In this document: positions 24,455 to 37,307 of the stretch, piece after piece
How positions within the stretch are numbered: position 1 is the stretch's first letter
Layout: every line of letters starts with the position of its first letter
From: Mobula hypostoma
Taxonomy: Eukaryota
NCBI RefSeq assembly: GCF_963921235.1
Contig: NC_086108.1
Span: 80,044,001 to 80,108,000, forward strand
Reading direction: 5' to 3'
Length of the DNA stretch: 64,000 bases
Program-made: the position numbers and the translations under genes
Notes under the pieces: model-generated
Seen by the model: the letters and a program-made list of their open reading frames with translations, nothing else
What the model was told of the DNA's origin: nothing
The model's database searches: none

Positions 24455-25125
24455 CTACACTGAAGCACAGAGGGGTGAGAACCTGTCAACCCAGCATTTT
24501 ATTAGCAAATGTTCAGTCTGAGGACCTGAGTGTAAGATTATTGTATTGGAGGGAAATCAGAAATTGTTGTGTTCTATGTTTGAACAAGACATGGCTTACT
24601 CCCAGCATGGCAGATACAGCAATCAGACCCATAGGCTTCTCGATTCACAGGATGGACCAAACTGCTGATTCAGAAAAAGCCAAAGGTGGAAGTTTGTGTT
24701 TCATGATAAATTCTCAGTGGTGCTCTGATGTAACGGTTTTGTCAAATGCGTGTTCCTCCAACCTTGAACACGTTATGGTTAAATACCGTCCGTTCTATTT
24801 ACCTAGGGAGCTCCCCTCCATAAACCTGACTGTTGTTAGCTGACTATAATCAAGCACTTGAGGTACTGCATGTTGTCATCTCCAAATAGGAAACAGTCCA
24901 TCCCATCCTGATGCAATTCAAGTCATAGTCAGGGACTTCAACCAGGTTTGATTTGAAGTAAACCCTGCCTAATTACTATCAGACTGCGTTTTGGTAAATC
25001 TGACCTTCTCCTCCCTGCATATAGGCAGAGGCTAAAGAGCAAACTAGGAGCCCTGGATGAACCATAAGATCTACAATCTGCTGAGGGTCAGATCAGAGGC
25101 TTTCAAGTCTGGTGACCAAGAATCT
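24455..25125 (+). mobile_element. Rex1-Babar LINE APE-endonuclease fragment
   Basis: PSILLANVQS, CCVLCLNKTWL, GGSLCFMINSQWC, RPFYLPRE, then GDFN-like. Confidence 0.8.
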
Positions 25126-25745
25126 CATTAAGGTCAACCCTCAACCCTTGCTCCAGAGAAAAAGTCTCAGCTTATCCAGTCTCTCCTTAAAGCAGGCTTG
25201 TTCTCAGCACCTCTCTGGTTGAATCACATCTTTCTTACAGTGTGGCTATGAGAATATTCCAGGTGTGGTCTCACCAATGTCTGTCACAATACATCCCAAC
25301 TTTTGTACTCAATGTCCCAATTGATGCGGGTAACTGTGCTATCTGTCAGTCACCCTGTCGACATGTGTCATGCTTTCAGGGAACTATGAACTTGTACCCT
25401 TTGGCCTCTGTTCTACAGCAATTCCCAGGGCCCTTTCATGTACTGCATATATCTTGCCCGGTTTAACTTCACTTTTCTGAGTCAAATTCCACCTGCCATT
25501 CCTTTGCCCACTTCCACAGTTGATCTAGATCCTGTTGTAATCGTAAAGAATCTTCTTCACTGTTCACTACACTCTCAGTTTCAATATCCTCCACAATGTT
25601 ACTCATCATGCCACCTACATTCTTATCCAAATCATTGGTATACATGGCAGACAACAGGAGACCAATCATCGATCCCTGTGGCACATCACTGGTCACACGT
25701 GCCCAATATGAGAGGTAAAAACATTCTCCATTGCCATCCGTTGGC
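25126..25745 (-). mobile_element. CR1 RT fragment
   Basis: VTSDVPQGSMIG, LQQDLDQLWKWAKEWQVEF. Confidence 0.8.
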
Positions 25746-26240
25746 AATTCTCAGACATCTGCGGTGTTTGTAGAGCACATAATCCAGAACCCAGAATATA
25801 CACGATTCTACTGGCTGCAGTTTAACTCGCTCTTTTCATTTAAGCAAAGTGAGACCTCTGCTACAAACCTAAATTGATGAGGGAGAAATCAATTAAAGGT
25901 CCATTAAATCAGCAATAATTAATATGAGAACCTAATTGTATGTCACCAGCAATATAAAAAGCTATTTTCATTGAAAAGTAAATTGGCAGCATGCATCAAA
26001 AAGTTTCTAATTTAATAATCCTGCAGCATTACAACACCATTTTTTAAACATGTACCTCTAACCATCTTAAAACACTCTATGAGAGTGGAATCAGACACAA
26101 TCTGATTCCAAGCTGCAATAACACATATCAGGCAAGTGTTCAAATGCTGGAGCATCAAATTATGTTTTAAGGAATTACTTTAAGGACAGGCTGTTTAATC
26201 AACTGGAACTACAGATGTTCACTATGACAGCAACAATAAT

Positions 26241-26389
26241 GACTCTTCCTTCAGTTAGTCCTGACGAAGGGTCTCGGCCTGAAACGTCGACTGCGCCTCT
26301 TCCTATAGATGCTGCTTGGCCTGCTGCGTTCACCAGCAACTTTGATGTATGTTGCTTGAATTTCCAGCATCTGCAGAATTCCTGTTGTT
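26241..26389 (+). mobile_element. 149-bp Penelope-like terminus insertion with 9-bp TSD
   Basis: Near-identical to 62292-62439. TSD AACAATAAT at 26232-26240 and 26390-26398. Confidence 0.9.
26257..26292 (+). ncRNA. Minimal type-I hammerhead ribozyme (intact core)
   Basis: AGTC-CTGACGA-AGGgtctcggCCT-GAAAC-GTC-GACT; predicted cleavage after 26288. Confidence 0.8.
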
Positions 26390-27278
26390 AACAATAATTT
26401 CTAAGTTATTTCTTCTATCCATTTACTTCAACATAATTATGAATACTTACAAAATGTTGTTAAAAAGTCATAAGTGTTTGGAACCAAGGATACAGTCTAA
26501 AATAAAAATAAGACATTTTTTGTACCCTTCAAAGGCTGATATTTTAGCTATTTGCATGTGAGGAAATTGGCTGAACAACTGAGTTTCTTAGTTTCAAACA
26601 TTATGCCAGCCTTGCTAGTTCCCAGTCACAAAGTTTGAACTTAAAGAAAACAAGTTCTGAACACACCCTTACCTCTATCCCATGCATTAGGTAGTAAGGG
26701 TATGTTCTGAACGGTGAAAATGTTCAGCATTTGTTACCTGCCAAGAAAAATCACGACCAAATTAGTCAGATCAAAACCTGAGGAGCATTCTACATATGCC
26801 TGTCATTAAGCTGCATTGAGGTGCACCCAGCTACAATCACTTTTACACCAGTCAGTCTCTTAGAAGCAAGTCACAGAAGGTTTATTTACAATGCAATCTG
26901 CTGAAAAGGTTGTACTGCATGAGGAAACAAGGAACTTTTACCCCAGGTCTGATATTGCCTGAAGTGCACACCAAGGTCCTCCATCAACTGGATCGTAGAA
27001 CAACTGCGCAGGTGCGTGGACATCAGCGAGTTAGACCAGCAGGAAGAGTATAAAAGGCGATCATTTTTCCTTTGGCAGTTTGATCGAGGAATGACTGTGC
27101 AGGCACATGGACAACAGCAAGTTAGACCGGCAGGAAGAATTTAAAAAGAAGAAGACAGCTTTACAGAGTGGGCGACTGAGTAGAGGTAGACAGAATAGGA
27201 GGGCTTTGGCTTAACAGGGCTTCGGTGATAGCGGGTTGAGGCAAGGTGGGTTACCTGTGAAGAATAGAAACAGGAAGC

Positions 27279-28209
27279 ATGTCTGTGAGACCGGTGTTCT
27301 GTACTGGGTGTAAGATGTGGGAAGTCCAGGAGACTCCCAGCCTCCCAGAAGGCCACATCTGCGCCAGGTGCATTGAGCTGCAGCTCCTTAGGGATCACGT
27401 TAGGGAACTGGAGATGCAGCTCGATGACCTTCGTCTGGTCAGGGAAAGTGAGGAGGTGATAGAGAGGAGCTACAGGCAAGTAGTCACACCAGGGCCTCGG
27501 GAGACAGATAAGTGGGTAACGGTCAGGAGATGGGAGGGGCAAGAGTCAAATACTAGAGAATACCCCTGTGATTGTCCTCTTAACAATAAGTACGCCTGTT
27601 TGAGTACTGTTGGGGGGGGCTACCTGGGGGGAGCAACAGTGGCCGCGCCTCTGGCACAGAGTCTGGCCCTGTGGCTCAGAAGGGTAGGGAAAGGAAGAGG
27701 AATGCAGCAGTAATAGGGCACTGTCTTGTCAGGGGGTCAGACAGGCGATTCTGTGACGCAGGAAAGAAACACAGATGGTTGTTTGCCTCCCAGGTGCCAG
27801 GATCCGGGATGTTTCTGATCGCATCCACAATATCCTGAAGTGGGAAGGTGAACAGCCAGAGGCCATAGTACATGTTGGTACCAACGACATAGGTAGGGAA
27901 AGGGAGGAGTTCCTGAAAACAGGCTACAGGGAATTAGGAAGGAAGTTGAGAAGCAGGACCCCAAAAGTAGTGATCTTGGGATTACTGCCTGTGCCACACG
28001 GCAGTGAGTATAGGAATAGAGTGAGGTGGAGAATAAATGCGTGGCTGAGGGATTGGAGCAGGGGGCAGGGATTCAGATTTCTGGATCACTGGGACCTCTT
28101 TTGGGGCAGGCGTGACCTGTACAAAAAGGACAGGTTGAACTTGATTCCGAGGGGGACCCGTATCCTGGCAGAGAGGTTTGCTAAGCCTGTTGGGGAGAGT
28201 TTAAACTAG
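27279..28209 (+). pseudogene. CR1 ORF1 (Zn finger/leucine zipper + SGNH esterase), frameshifted
   Basis: ORFs 27279..27713 and 27775..28209. Confidence 0.85.
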
Positions 28210-29536
28210 AATTGCTGGGGGGTGGGAACCGAACTGAAGAGACAGAGAAAGTGCCTGTTGGCTCACAAATAGAGAAAGCTTGGAGACAGTGCGAGAGGGA
28301 GGTTAGGCAGGTGATAGAGAAGGAATGTGCTCAGACCGATGGTTTGAGATGCGCCTATTTTAATGCAAGAAGCATCATGAACAAAGCAGATGAGCTTAGA
28401 ACGTGGATCAATACTTCGAGCTCTGACGCTGTGGACATTACAGAGATTTGGATGGCTCAGGGGCAGGAATGGTTACTTAGAATGCCAGGCTTTAGATGTT
28501 TCAGAAAGGACAGGGAGGGAGGTATAAGAGGTGGGGGCATGGCACTGTTGATCAGAGATAGTGTTACGGCTGCAGAAAAGGAGAAGTCATGGAGGGATTG
28601 TCTACTGAATCTCTGTGGGTGTAAGTTTGAAACAGGAAGGGGTCAATAACTCTACTGTGTGTTTTTTATAGACCACCCAACAGTAACAGGAACATCGAGG
28701 AGCAGATAGGGAGACAGATTCTGGAAAGGTGTAATAATAACAGGGTTGTCGTGGTGGGAGATTTTAATTTCCCAAATATTGATTGGTGTCTCCCTGGAGC
28801 AAGGGGTTTAGATGGGGTGGAGTTGGTTAGGTGTGTTCAGGAAGGTCTCCTGACACAGTATGTGGCTAAGCCTACAAGAGGAGAGGCTGTACTTGATCTG
28901 GTATTGGGAAGTGAGCCTGGTCAGGTGTCAGGTCTCTCAGTGGGAGAGCATTTTGGAGATAGTGATTACAATTCTATTTCCTTTACCATCCCACTGGAGA
29001 GCGATAGGAACAGACAAGATAGGAAAGTGTTTAATTTTAGTAAGGGGAAACATAAAGCTATCAGGCAGGAACTTGGAAGCATAAATTGGGAACAGATTTT
29101 CTCAGAGAAACGTACGGAAGGAATGTGGTAAATTTTCAGGGGATATTTACGTGGACTTCTGCATAGGTATGTTCCAATGAGACAGGGAAAGGATGGTAGG
29201 GTACAGGAACTGTGGTGTACAAAGGATGTTGAAAATCTAATCAAGAAGAAAAGAAAAGCTTACGAAAGGTTCAAAAAACTAGATAATGATAGAGATCTAG
29301 AAGGTTATAACGCTCGCAGGAATGAGTTTAAGAATGAAATTAGGAGAGCCAGAAGGGGTCATGGGAAGGCCTTGGTGAACAGGATTAAGGAAAACCCCAA
29401 GGCATTTTACAAGTATCTGAAGAGCAAGAGGATAAGATGTGAGAGAATAGGACCAATCAAGTGTGACAGTGGAAAGTGTGTATGGAACGGGAGGAGACAG
29501 CAGAGAAACTTAATGAACACTTTGCTTCAGTCTTTC

Positions 29537-31592
29537 GACCATAAGACCATAAGACCATAAGACAAAGGAACAGAAGTCAGTTCTTCGGCCCATCGAGCCT
29601 GCTCCACCATTTTATCATGAGTTGATCCATTCTCCCATTTAGTCCCACTCCCCCGCCTTCTCACCATAACCTTTGATGCCCTGGCTACTCAGATACCTAT
29701 CAATCTCTGCTTTAAATAAACCCAATGATTTGGCCTCCACACTGCCCGTGGCAACAAATTCCATAGATTCACCACCCTCTGACTAAAAAAATTTCTTCAC
29801 ATTTCTGTTCTGAATGGGCACCCTTCAATCCTTAAGTCATGCCCTCTCGTACTAGACTCCCCCATCATGGGAAACAACTTTGTCACATCCACTCTGTCCA
29901 CGCCTTTCAATATTCGAAATGTTTCTATGAGGTCTCCCCTCATTCTTCTAAACTCCAAGGAATACAGTCCAAGAGCGGACAAACGTTCCTCATATGTTAA
30001 CCCTCTCATTCCCGGAATCATTCTAGTGAATCTTCTCCGTACCCTCTCCAACGTCAGCACACCCTTTCTTAAATAAGGAGACCAAAACTGCCCACAGTAC
30101 TCTGTGAGGTCTCACCAGCACCTTATAGAGCCTTAAAATCACATCCCTGCTCCTAAATTCTATTCCTCTAGAAATGAATGCCAACATTGCATTCGCCTTC
30201 TTCACCACCGACTCAACCTGGAGGTTAACCTTAAGGGTATCCTGTACGAGGACACCCAAGTCCCGTTGCATCTCAGAACTTTGAATTCTTTCCCCATTTA
30301 AATAATAGTCTGCCCATTTATTTCTTCTGCCAAAGTGCATAACCATACACTTTCCAACATTGTATTTCATTTGCCACTTCTTTGCCCATTCTTCCAATCT
30401 ATCCAAGTCTCTCTGCAGACTCTCTGTTTCCTCAGCACTACCGGCCCCTCCACCTATCTTCATAGCATCAGCAAACTTAGTCACAAAGCCATCTATTCCA
30501 TAATCCAAATCATTGATGCATAATGTAAAAAAGCGGCCCCAACACGGACCCCTGTGGAACACCACTGGTAACCGGCAGCCAACCAGAATAGGATTCCTTT
30601 ATTCCCACGCTCTGTTTCCTGCCAATCAGCCAATGCTCTATCCACGTATGTAACTTTCCCGTAATTCCACGGGCTCTTATCTTGTTAAGTAGCCTCATGT
30701 GTGGCACCTTGTCAAAGGCCTTCTGAAAATCCAAATATACAACATCCACTGCATCTCCCTTGTCTAGCCTACTTGTAATTTCCCCAAAAAATTGTAATAG
30801 GTTTGTCAGGCAGGATTTTCCTTTAAGGAATCCATGCTGAGTTCTGCCTATCTTGTCATATGCCTCCAGGTACTCTGTAACCTCATCCTTGACAATCGAC
30901 TCCAACAACTTTCCAACCACTGATGTCAAGCTAACAGATCTATAATTTTCTTTTTGCTTCCTTGCCCCCTTCTTAAATAGCGGAGTGACATTTGCACTCT
31001 TCCAGTCCTCCGGAACCATGCCAGAATCTATCGACTTTTGAAAGATCATCGCTAATGCCTCCGCAATCTCCACAGCTACTTCCTTCAGAACACGAGGGTG
31101 CATTCCATCTGGTCCGGGAGATCTATCTACCTTTAGACTATTCAGCTTCCTGAGTACTTTCTCTGTCGTAATTGTGACTGCGCACACTTCTCTTCCCTGC
31201 CACCCTCGAGTGTCCGATATACTGCTGATGTCTTCCTCATTGAAGACTGATGCAAAATACTCATTCAGTTCCTCCGCCATCTCCTTATCTCCCATTACAA
31301 TTTCTCCAGCATCATTTTCTATCGGTCCTATATCTACTCTCACCTGTCTTTTACTCTTTATATACTTGAAAAAGCTTTTAGTATCCTCTTTGATATTATT
31401 TGCTAGCTTCCTTTCATGGTTAATCTTTTCCCTCTTAATGACCTTCTTAGTTTCCTTTTGTAAGCTTTTAAAAACTTCCCAATCCTCTTTCTTCCCACTA
31501 ATTTTTGCTTCCTTGTATGCCCTCTCATTTGCTTTATCTTTGGCTTTGACTTCTATGCCCTCTCCTTTGCTTTAACTTTGGCTTTGCCTTCT
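29537..31592 (-). mobile_element. Younger 5'-truncated CR1 nested antisense in the full-length CR1
   Basis: (CATAAGAC)n tail. RT ORFs 30510..31343 and 30023..30565 (YLDFQKAFDKVPH, SGVPQGSVLGP). Host ORF2 resumes at FTTEKD. Confidence 0.95.
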
Positions 31593-33739
31593 TTTACTAC
31601 AGAAAAGGATCTTGTTGATTGTAGGGATGACTTACAGTGGATTGAAAAACTTGGGCATATAGACATTAAGAAAGAGGATGTACTGGAGCTTTTGGAAAGC
31701 ATCAAGTTGGATAAGTCTCCGGGCCTGGATGAGATGTACTGCAGGCTACTGTGGGAAGCAAGGGAGGACATTGCTGAGCCTCTGGCAATGATTTTTGTAT
31801 CAGCAATTGGGACGGGAGAGGTTCCAGAGGATTGGAGGGTTGCAGATGTTGTTCCCTTATTCAAGAAAGGGGGTAGAGATAGCCCAGGAAATTATAGACC
31901 AGTGAGTCTTACTTCAATGGTTGGTAGGTTGATAGAAAAGATCCTGAGAGGCAGGGTTTGTGAACATTTTGAGAGGCATAATATGATTAGGAATAGTCAG
32001 CATGGCTTTGTCAAAGGCTTTGAATTTTTTGAGGATGTGACTAAGCACGTTGATGAAGGTAGAGCAGTCGATGTAGTGTATATGGATTTCAGCAAGGCAT
32101 TTGATAAGGTAACCAATGCAAGGCTTATTGAGAAAGTAAGGAGGCATGGGATCCAAGGGGACATTACTTTGTGGATCCAGGATCGGCTTGCTCACAGAAA
32201 GCAAAGAGTGGTTGTCGACAGGTCATGGAGGTCAGTCACCAGTGATGTGCCTCAGGGGTCTGTTCTGGGACCCCCTACTCCGTGATTTTTATAAATGACC
32301 TGGATGAGGAAGTGGAGGGATGGGTTAGTAAATTTGCTGATGACACAAAGGTTGGGGGTGTTGTGGATAGTGTGGAGGGCTGTCAGAGGTTACAGCAGGA
32401 CATTGATAGGATGCAAAACTGGGCTGAGAAGTGGCAGATGGAGTTCAACCCAGATAAGTGTGAGGTGGTTCATTTTGGTAGGTCAAATATGATGGCAGAA
32501 TATAGTACTAATGGTAAGACACTTGGCAGTGTGGAGGATCAGAGTCCATATGACACTCAAAGCTGCTGTGCAGGTTGACTCTGTGGTTAAGAAGGCATAC
32601 GGTGTATTGGCCTTCATCAACTGCGGGATTGAGTTTAAGAGCCGAGAGGTAATGTTACAGCTATATAGGACCCTGGTCAGACCCCACTTGGAGTACTGTG
32701 CTCAGTTCTGGTCACCTCACTACAGGAAGGATGTGGAAACTTTAGAAAGGGTGTAGAAGAGATTTACAAGGATGTTGCCTGAATTGGGGAGCATGCCTTA
32801 TGAGAATAGGTTGAGTGAACTCAGCCTTTTCTCCTTGGAGCAGCGGAGGATGAAAGGTGACCTGATAGAGGTGTATAAGATGATGAGAGACATTGATTGT
32901 GTTTATAGTCAAGATTTTTTCCCAGGGCTGAAATGGCTAGCACGAGAGGGCACAGTTTTAAGGTTCTTGGAAGTAGGTACAGAGGAGATGTCAGGGGTAA
33001 GATTTTTACGCAGAGGGTGGTGAATGCATGGAATGGGTTGCCGGCAATGGTGGTGGAGGCAAATACAATAGGGTCTTTTAAGAGACTGCTGGTTAGGTAC
33101 ATGGAGCTTAGTAAAATAGAGGGCTCTGGATAACCCTCGGTAATTTCTAAAATAAGTACATGTTCGGCACAGCATTGTGGGCTGAAGGGCCTGATTTGTG
33201 CTGTAGGCTTTCTATGTTCTATGTTTCTAACTGGGAAAGCTTTCAGCAAGATATAGGAGTCATTGTACCATCAGAACAAAATAGTTCAGGCAATTGCACG
33301 ATATCTCAACAGCAACAAGGCTGTGCACGAAGCTTTCATTTTGACCAATTTAACATTGCCATTTAGAGCTACATCCAGAATATTATTTGATGGAGCAAGA
33401 TTTGTCTTTCCATAGTCCTATATTCTATTCATCAGAAGTTGAGTATCTTTCCATATTTTTCTTCCCTTTCTTAGTCTCTCAAATGCAACCATAAAAGTTA
33501 GTGAATCGATGATTATGCACTCCGGCAGCACTGCTCTGAACCACATGAGACAGAGCCAGAAGATAACTCACTCATCTGGCTTGGGCTGCTTGGGCTACAT
33601 TGTGTGATGTAGCTGTAATCAGCAATAGCAAAAAGAAAAATCTGTGTCTCACGGTTGTCAGATACCTCTCCAGCCATCTTGTAGACTTTGAGGGTGACGA
33701 TGAAACATATCCACTCCTGATTGAGAAGTGACTTGTATC

Positions 33740-34920
33740 CACTTTAATTTACAACAGGTCCACAGCAGATGTCATCTCATTGGCTCTTCACTCAAACCTG
33801 GAACATCTGGACAGCAAAATGCAGAATGCTCTTTGTCAATTATAGCTCGGCATTCAGTACTATTATCCCCTCAAAACTAATCAATGAACTTCAAACCCTC
33901 CCCACCACTGAGCACTTCCACACGGAGGACGTAAGTGCTACTGGATGATAGTCACTGGGGCAGGTTACCACGTTCTTCTTAGTCACCAGTATAGGTGAAG
34001 CTTGATTGAAGCAAGTGGTACCTGAGACTGTCAAAGTGAGAGGTTAAAGGTCTCAGTGAACACTGCAGCCAGTTGGTCAGCAGAGGTCTTTAGTACTTGG
34101 CCAGGTACCCTGTTTGGTCCAGATGCTTTCCGTAGGTTCACCTCCCTGAAGGTTGCCCGCACATCGGCCTCAGAGACTGAAATCACATTATCATCAGGGC
34201 TATGGGAGTTCGTGATGGTTTCTCCATGTTTTGATGTTCAAAGCGAGCACAAGATGCATTGAACTCATCTGGAAGTGAAGTCCTGTTGTCACCTATGTTG
34301 CTTGATGTAACTTTATACGGGGTGATAGCATTCAAGCTCTGCCAAAACTGTCGAGCATCCTTTGTTGATTGAAGTTTAGTCCAGAATTTTCACTTTGCCC
34401 GTGAGCAGGCTTTCCAGTGATCCTACCTGGTCCTCCTGTAACTTTCTTGTCATTGAACTTGAGTATCTCCGACCTATCCCTCAGCAGTTAGCGGATCTCA
34501 TGGTTCATCATGGGCTGACTCGGAATGGTTTTGTGGGGCTCACTTGTCTACAACTGTTTTAACTAACTCTCCCCACCACCACTACTTTATCTATAGTTTA
34601 CTCCTGGCCTGCTGAGTTCCTCCAGCATTTTGTGTGTGTTGCTTTGGATCTCCAGCATCTGTAGATTTTCTTGTGTTTGTGATACTGCTTTATCATTTCC
34701 TGTCACAGTCACCTTATGTACAAATACTTTTGTATCTAGAGTCACCTTATGTACATACAATCAATCGATGTACAGTATTTAAGCTAATCTTAAGTATTTA
34801 TATTTATTGTGTTCTTTATGCTTATTTTTATGCTGCATCAAAATAACAATAATTTTGTTCTCCTTTATACTGTGTACTGACCAATGACAATATATAATCT
34901 TGAAACTTGAATACTGAATC
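33740..34920. mobile_element. Rearranged Rex1-Babar fragments (plus 33740-33920, minus 33925-34560, plus tail to 34920) with a Penelope tail at 34600-34680
   Basis: Homology to 46100-47000 in both orientations. Confidence 0.65.
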
Positions 34921-35774
34921 TGAACCAAAAGAGAGTCTAAAACTACCTTTGGTATTTGAAGACTTTATCATCAACTAGACCCCCCCCCCCCCCCACCAAA
35001 TCAAAATCTGGGTTGACCAGTGATCAGAAATTCAACTCTACCAGTAACATAAATACCGTGGCCCGGAAAAGTCAGAGGCTTGGAAAGATGCAAGGAGTGA
35101 CTCACTTTCTGACACTCCAGTGCCTTCTCACCCCCTTTAGGAGAATACTGAAGTTCTCTGCACCTGACTGGATAAGTGCAGCTTCAACAGCACTCGAGAA
35201 GCTTAATTCCATTCAGGGAGAAGGATGCCACTGATTGCCACTCTATTCATCACCTAAAACTTCATCCTGCACACACTTCATGAAACACACTGCAATTACT
35301 CACCTCAATTACCCTGCAGCCTCACCAACCAAGATGGGCAAGGGCAACAGGCACATAAGCATACGACTATAAGAGCAGAATTAGTTTGGCGTTATACCAC
35401 CCAGTGTGTTCCCTTTCAAATCCTATATGAATAACTAGGAAATACATGCTATTTCTTTATCATCCATGAATTTGGAAGCAAGAAGCATTATGGGAGTTCA
35501 TTCTGCAAAAGGACCACATTGATTCAAGGAGGTGGCTCACCAGCACTGTCTCAAGAACAACAAGGGATGGGCAGTAAATGCTAGTCTTGCCAAATACACA
35601 ATTTGTGTGGATTGCTCAACATTTCCAGGATCTGAAGAATATCCTGTGTCTTTGAAACTTTTACCAAGTGAATTTTTACTTTAAAAATTCATGCTGGGAT
35701 TTCTCAGATTTGGCAATCACACATTGTAGATTCACTAAGTACAAGCAAATGCTGACCTTGAATACTTTTAATAA

Positions 35775-35975
35775 GAATCCTTGGAAGCAGTAGAGGCTAC
35801 CTCAAGAAATATACTTAAGACAGTTAGACTTTCACATTGCAGGGGAATTAAGGGTAATGAGGAAAAGGAACGAAGATGGAGATGAGTCCCTGGCCAGATC
35901 AGCCATGATCTTATTGAATGGTGAAGCAGGCTCGACAGGCCAGATGGTCTATTCCTGCTCACATTTCTTATGTTG
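35775..35975 (+). mobile_element. CR1 3' tail
   Basis: GATCAGCCATGATCTTATTGAATGG...GGCCAGATGGTCTATTCCTGCTC. Confidence 0.65.
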
Positions 35976-36067
35976 TTACATTCTTCTGCTTCACAAAAAG
36001 TTATAAATAAATGGAAGTGTCTGTGATTCTAATTATGGAATCTTAAATTTTTTTGGAATTGCTAATG

Positions 36068-36500
36068 ATTCAAAGATTCAAAGTACACTTACAAAGTATG
36101 TATACAGAATACAACGCTGAGATTCGCCCTCCCACAGGCAGCCACGAAACAAAGAAACACCATGGAACTTATTCAAGAAAACATCAAATGTCCAACATGC
36201 AAAAAAAAAACCGAATTATGCAAATGGAAAAAAGCCAGTGCAAAACAGAATATCAACATTCAATGAGGAGTCCAGGAGTTTCCAGTTTAATTCAGTCAAC
36301 TCCGCGCCACTAACACACTACAGTCCGCAGTGCCATTCATCACTGAGGCACCTCAGTCCGTACCGATCGCCCTGAAGCCTCACTGATCAATCCTTGCAAC
36401 TTGGAACACAAGACTGCTGCACAGTCCTCCAAAAGCAACTAGCGAGAGGGAGCGGGAGAGGAAGAGGACCGGTCAGACAATGAGACAAGAGACCTGGAAC
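36068..36500 (-). mobile_element. Non-autonomous retroelement, same family as 12715-13460
   Basis: TTCAAAGATTCAAAGTACA...GTATGTATACAG tail. Confidence 0.55.
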
Positions 36501-36660
36501 CTATGTGCCCTGTAAATTATTGTATATGATATAATTTGTTAAAATCATAAAAACTTGCAAAACAAAGACAGATCCATCTCATCAATGCGGACGATCATGC
36601 ATATCTACACTAGTGCCGTTTGCCTGCATTAGGCTTACATCCCTTTACAAATTTCCTATC

Positions 36661-37307
36661 TGTTGGATTGTGATATTTTTAATCCAATGTTCTTTTGGAA
36701 GTCAGGAAAAGGTACAAAGCTCGGTGCTTCACAACAATTTTATTAACCATTAATAGAACAAAGCAAGTTGAAAAATAGATAGTGATGGGGGCTAGTAGGA
36801 GAAGGGAGAGAAGAAGCAAAAGAAAGGTGGCACAGCATTGTGGTCAGCTCTTTTTATACCCCTTAGATAAGGAACATTCCATTGAAAGTTGCAGACATGA
36901 TCAGTCAATCAATTAGCCCTTATTCAAATAATGTAACACTAGAGAAGCTTCCAGAGCTTTCCAGAAAGAAAATGTGTTTTATTACATGACTGTTCTTTTT
37001 TTTTAAGTCCTTTCTCGTTATTTTGAGTGCACGGTTATGTTTTGGTACCTTGGCAGCAGAGGAAAACTATCTCATTCGGCTGTACCCATGTATGGTTTGA
37101 ATGACAATTAAACTTGATTTGATTTGATTTGATTTAAATCACACAAATGTAACCACTAGGGGACACACTGAACAAATGCATGCACATACTGTGGCCACTA
37201 GGAAACATACTAAACAGTTACATGTATGTAAGTAGTGATAAGAATACTAGCAGCTAATTAAATGTTAAGCTGCAAAGAAAATAACAATTAAACAGTCTAA
37301 CCCAACA
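36661..37307 (-). mobile_element. Solo LTR (with a SINE/LINE tail inserted at about 37000-37135)
   Basis: TGTTGG...CCCAACA termini; TATC/CATC 4-bp TSD-like flanks splitting a CR1 tail. Minus-strand TATAAAAAG (~36850-36859) upstream of AATAAA (~36739-36744). Confidence 0.6.

Larger units (their letters stand above)
26992..33228 (+). mobile_element. Near full-length CR1 LINE (5'UTR, ORF1, ORF2, 3' tail), split by a nested CR1
   Basis: Duplicated 5'UTR motif. ORF1 has CTGC..HICARC, a coiled coil and SGNH-esterase motifs (CLPGA, VHVGTND). ORF2 has APE (FNARSI, VGDFNFP, DSDYN) and RT (DFSKAFDKV, VPQGSVLGP, KFADD). Tail TTCTATGTTCTATG. Candidate TSD AACTGG (26986-26991 / 33229-33234). Confidence 0.95.
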
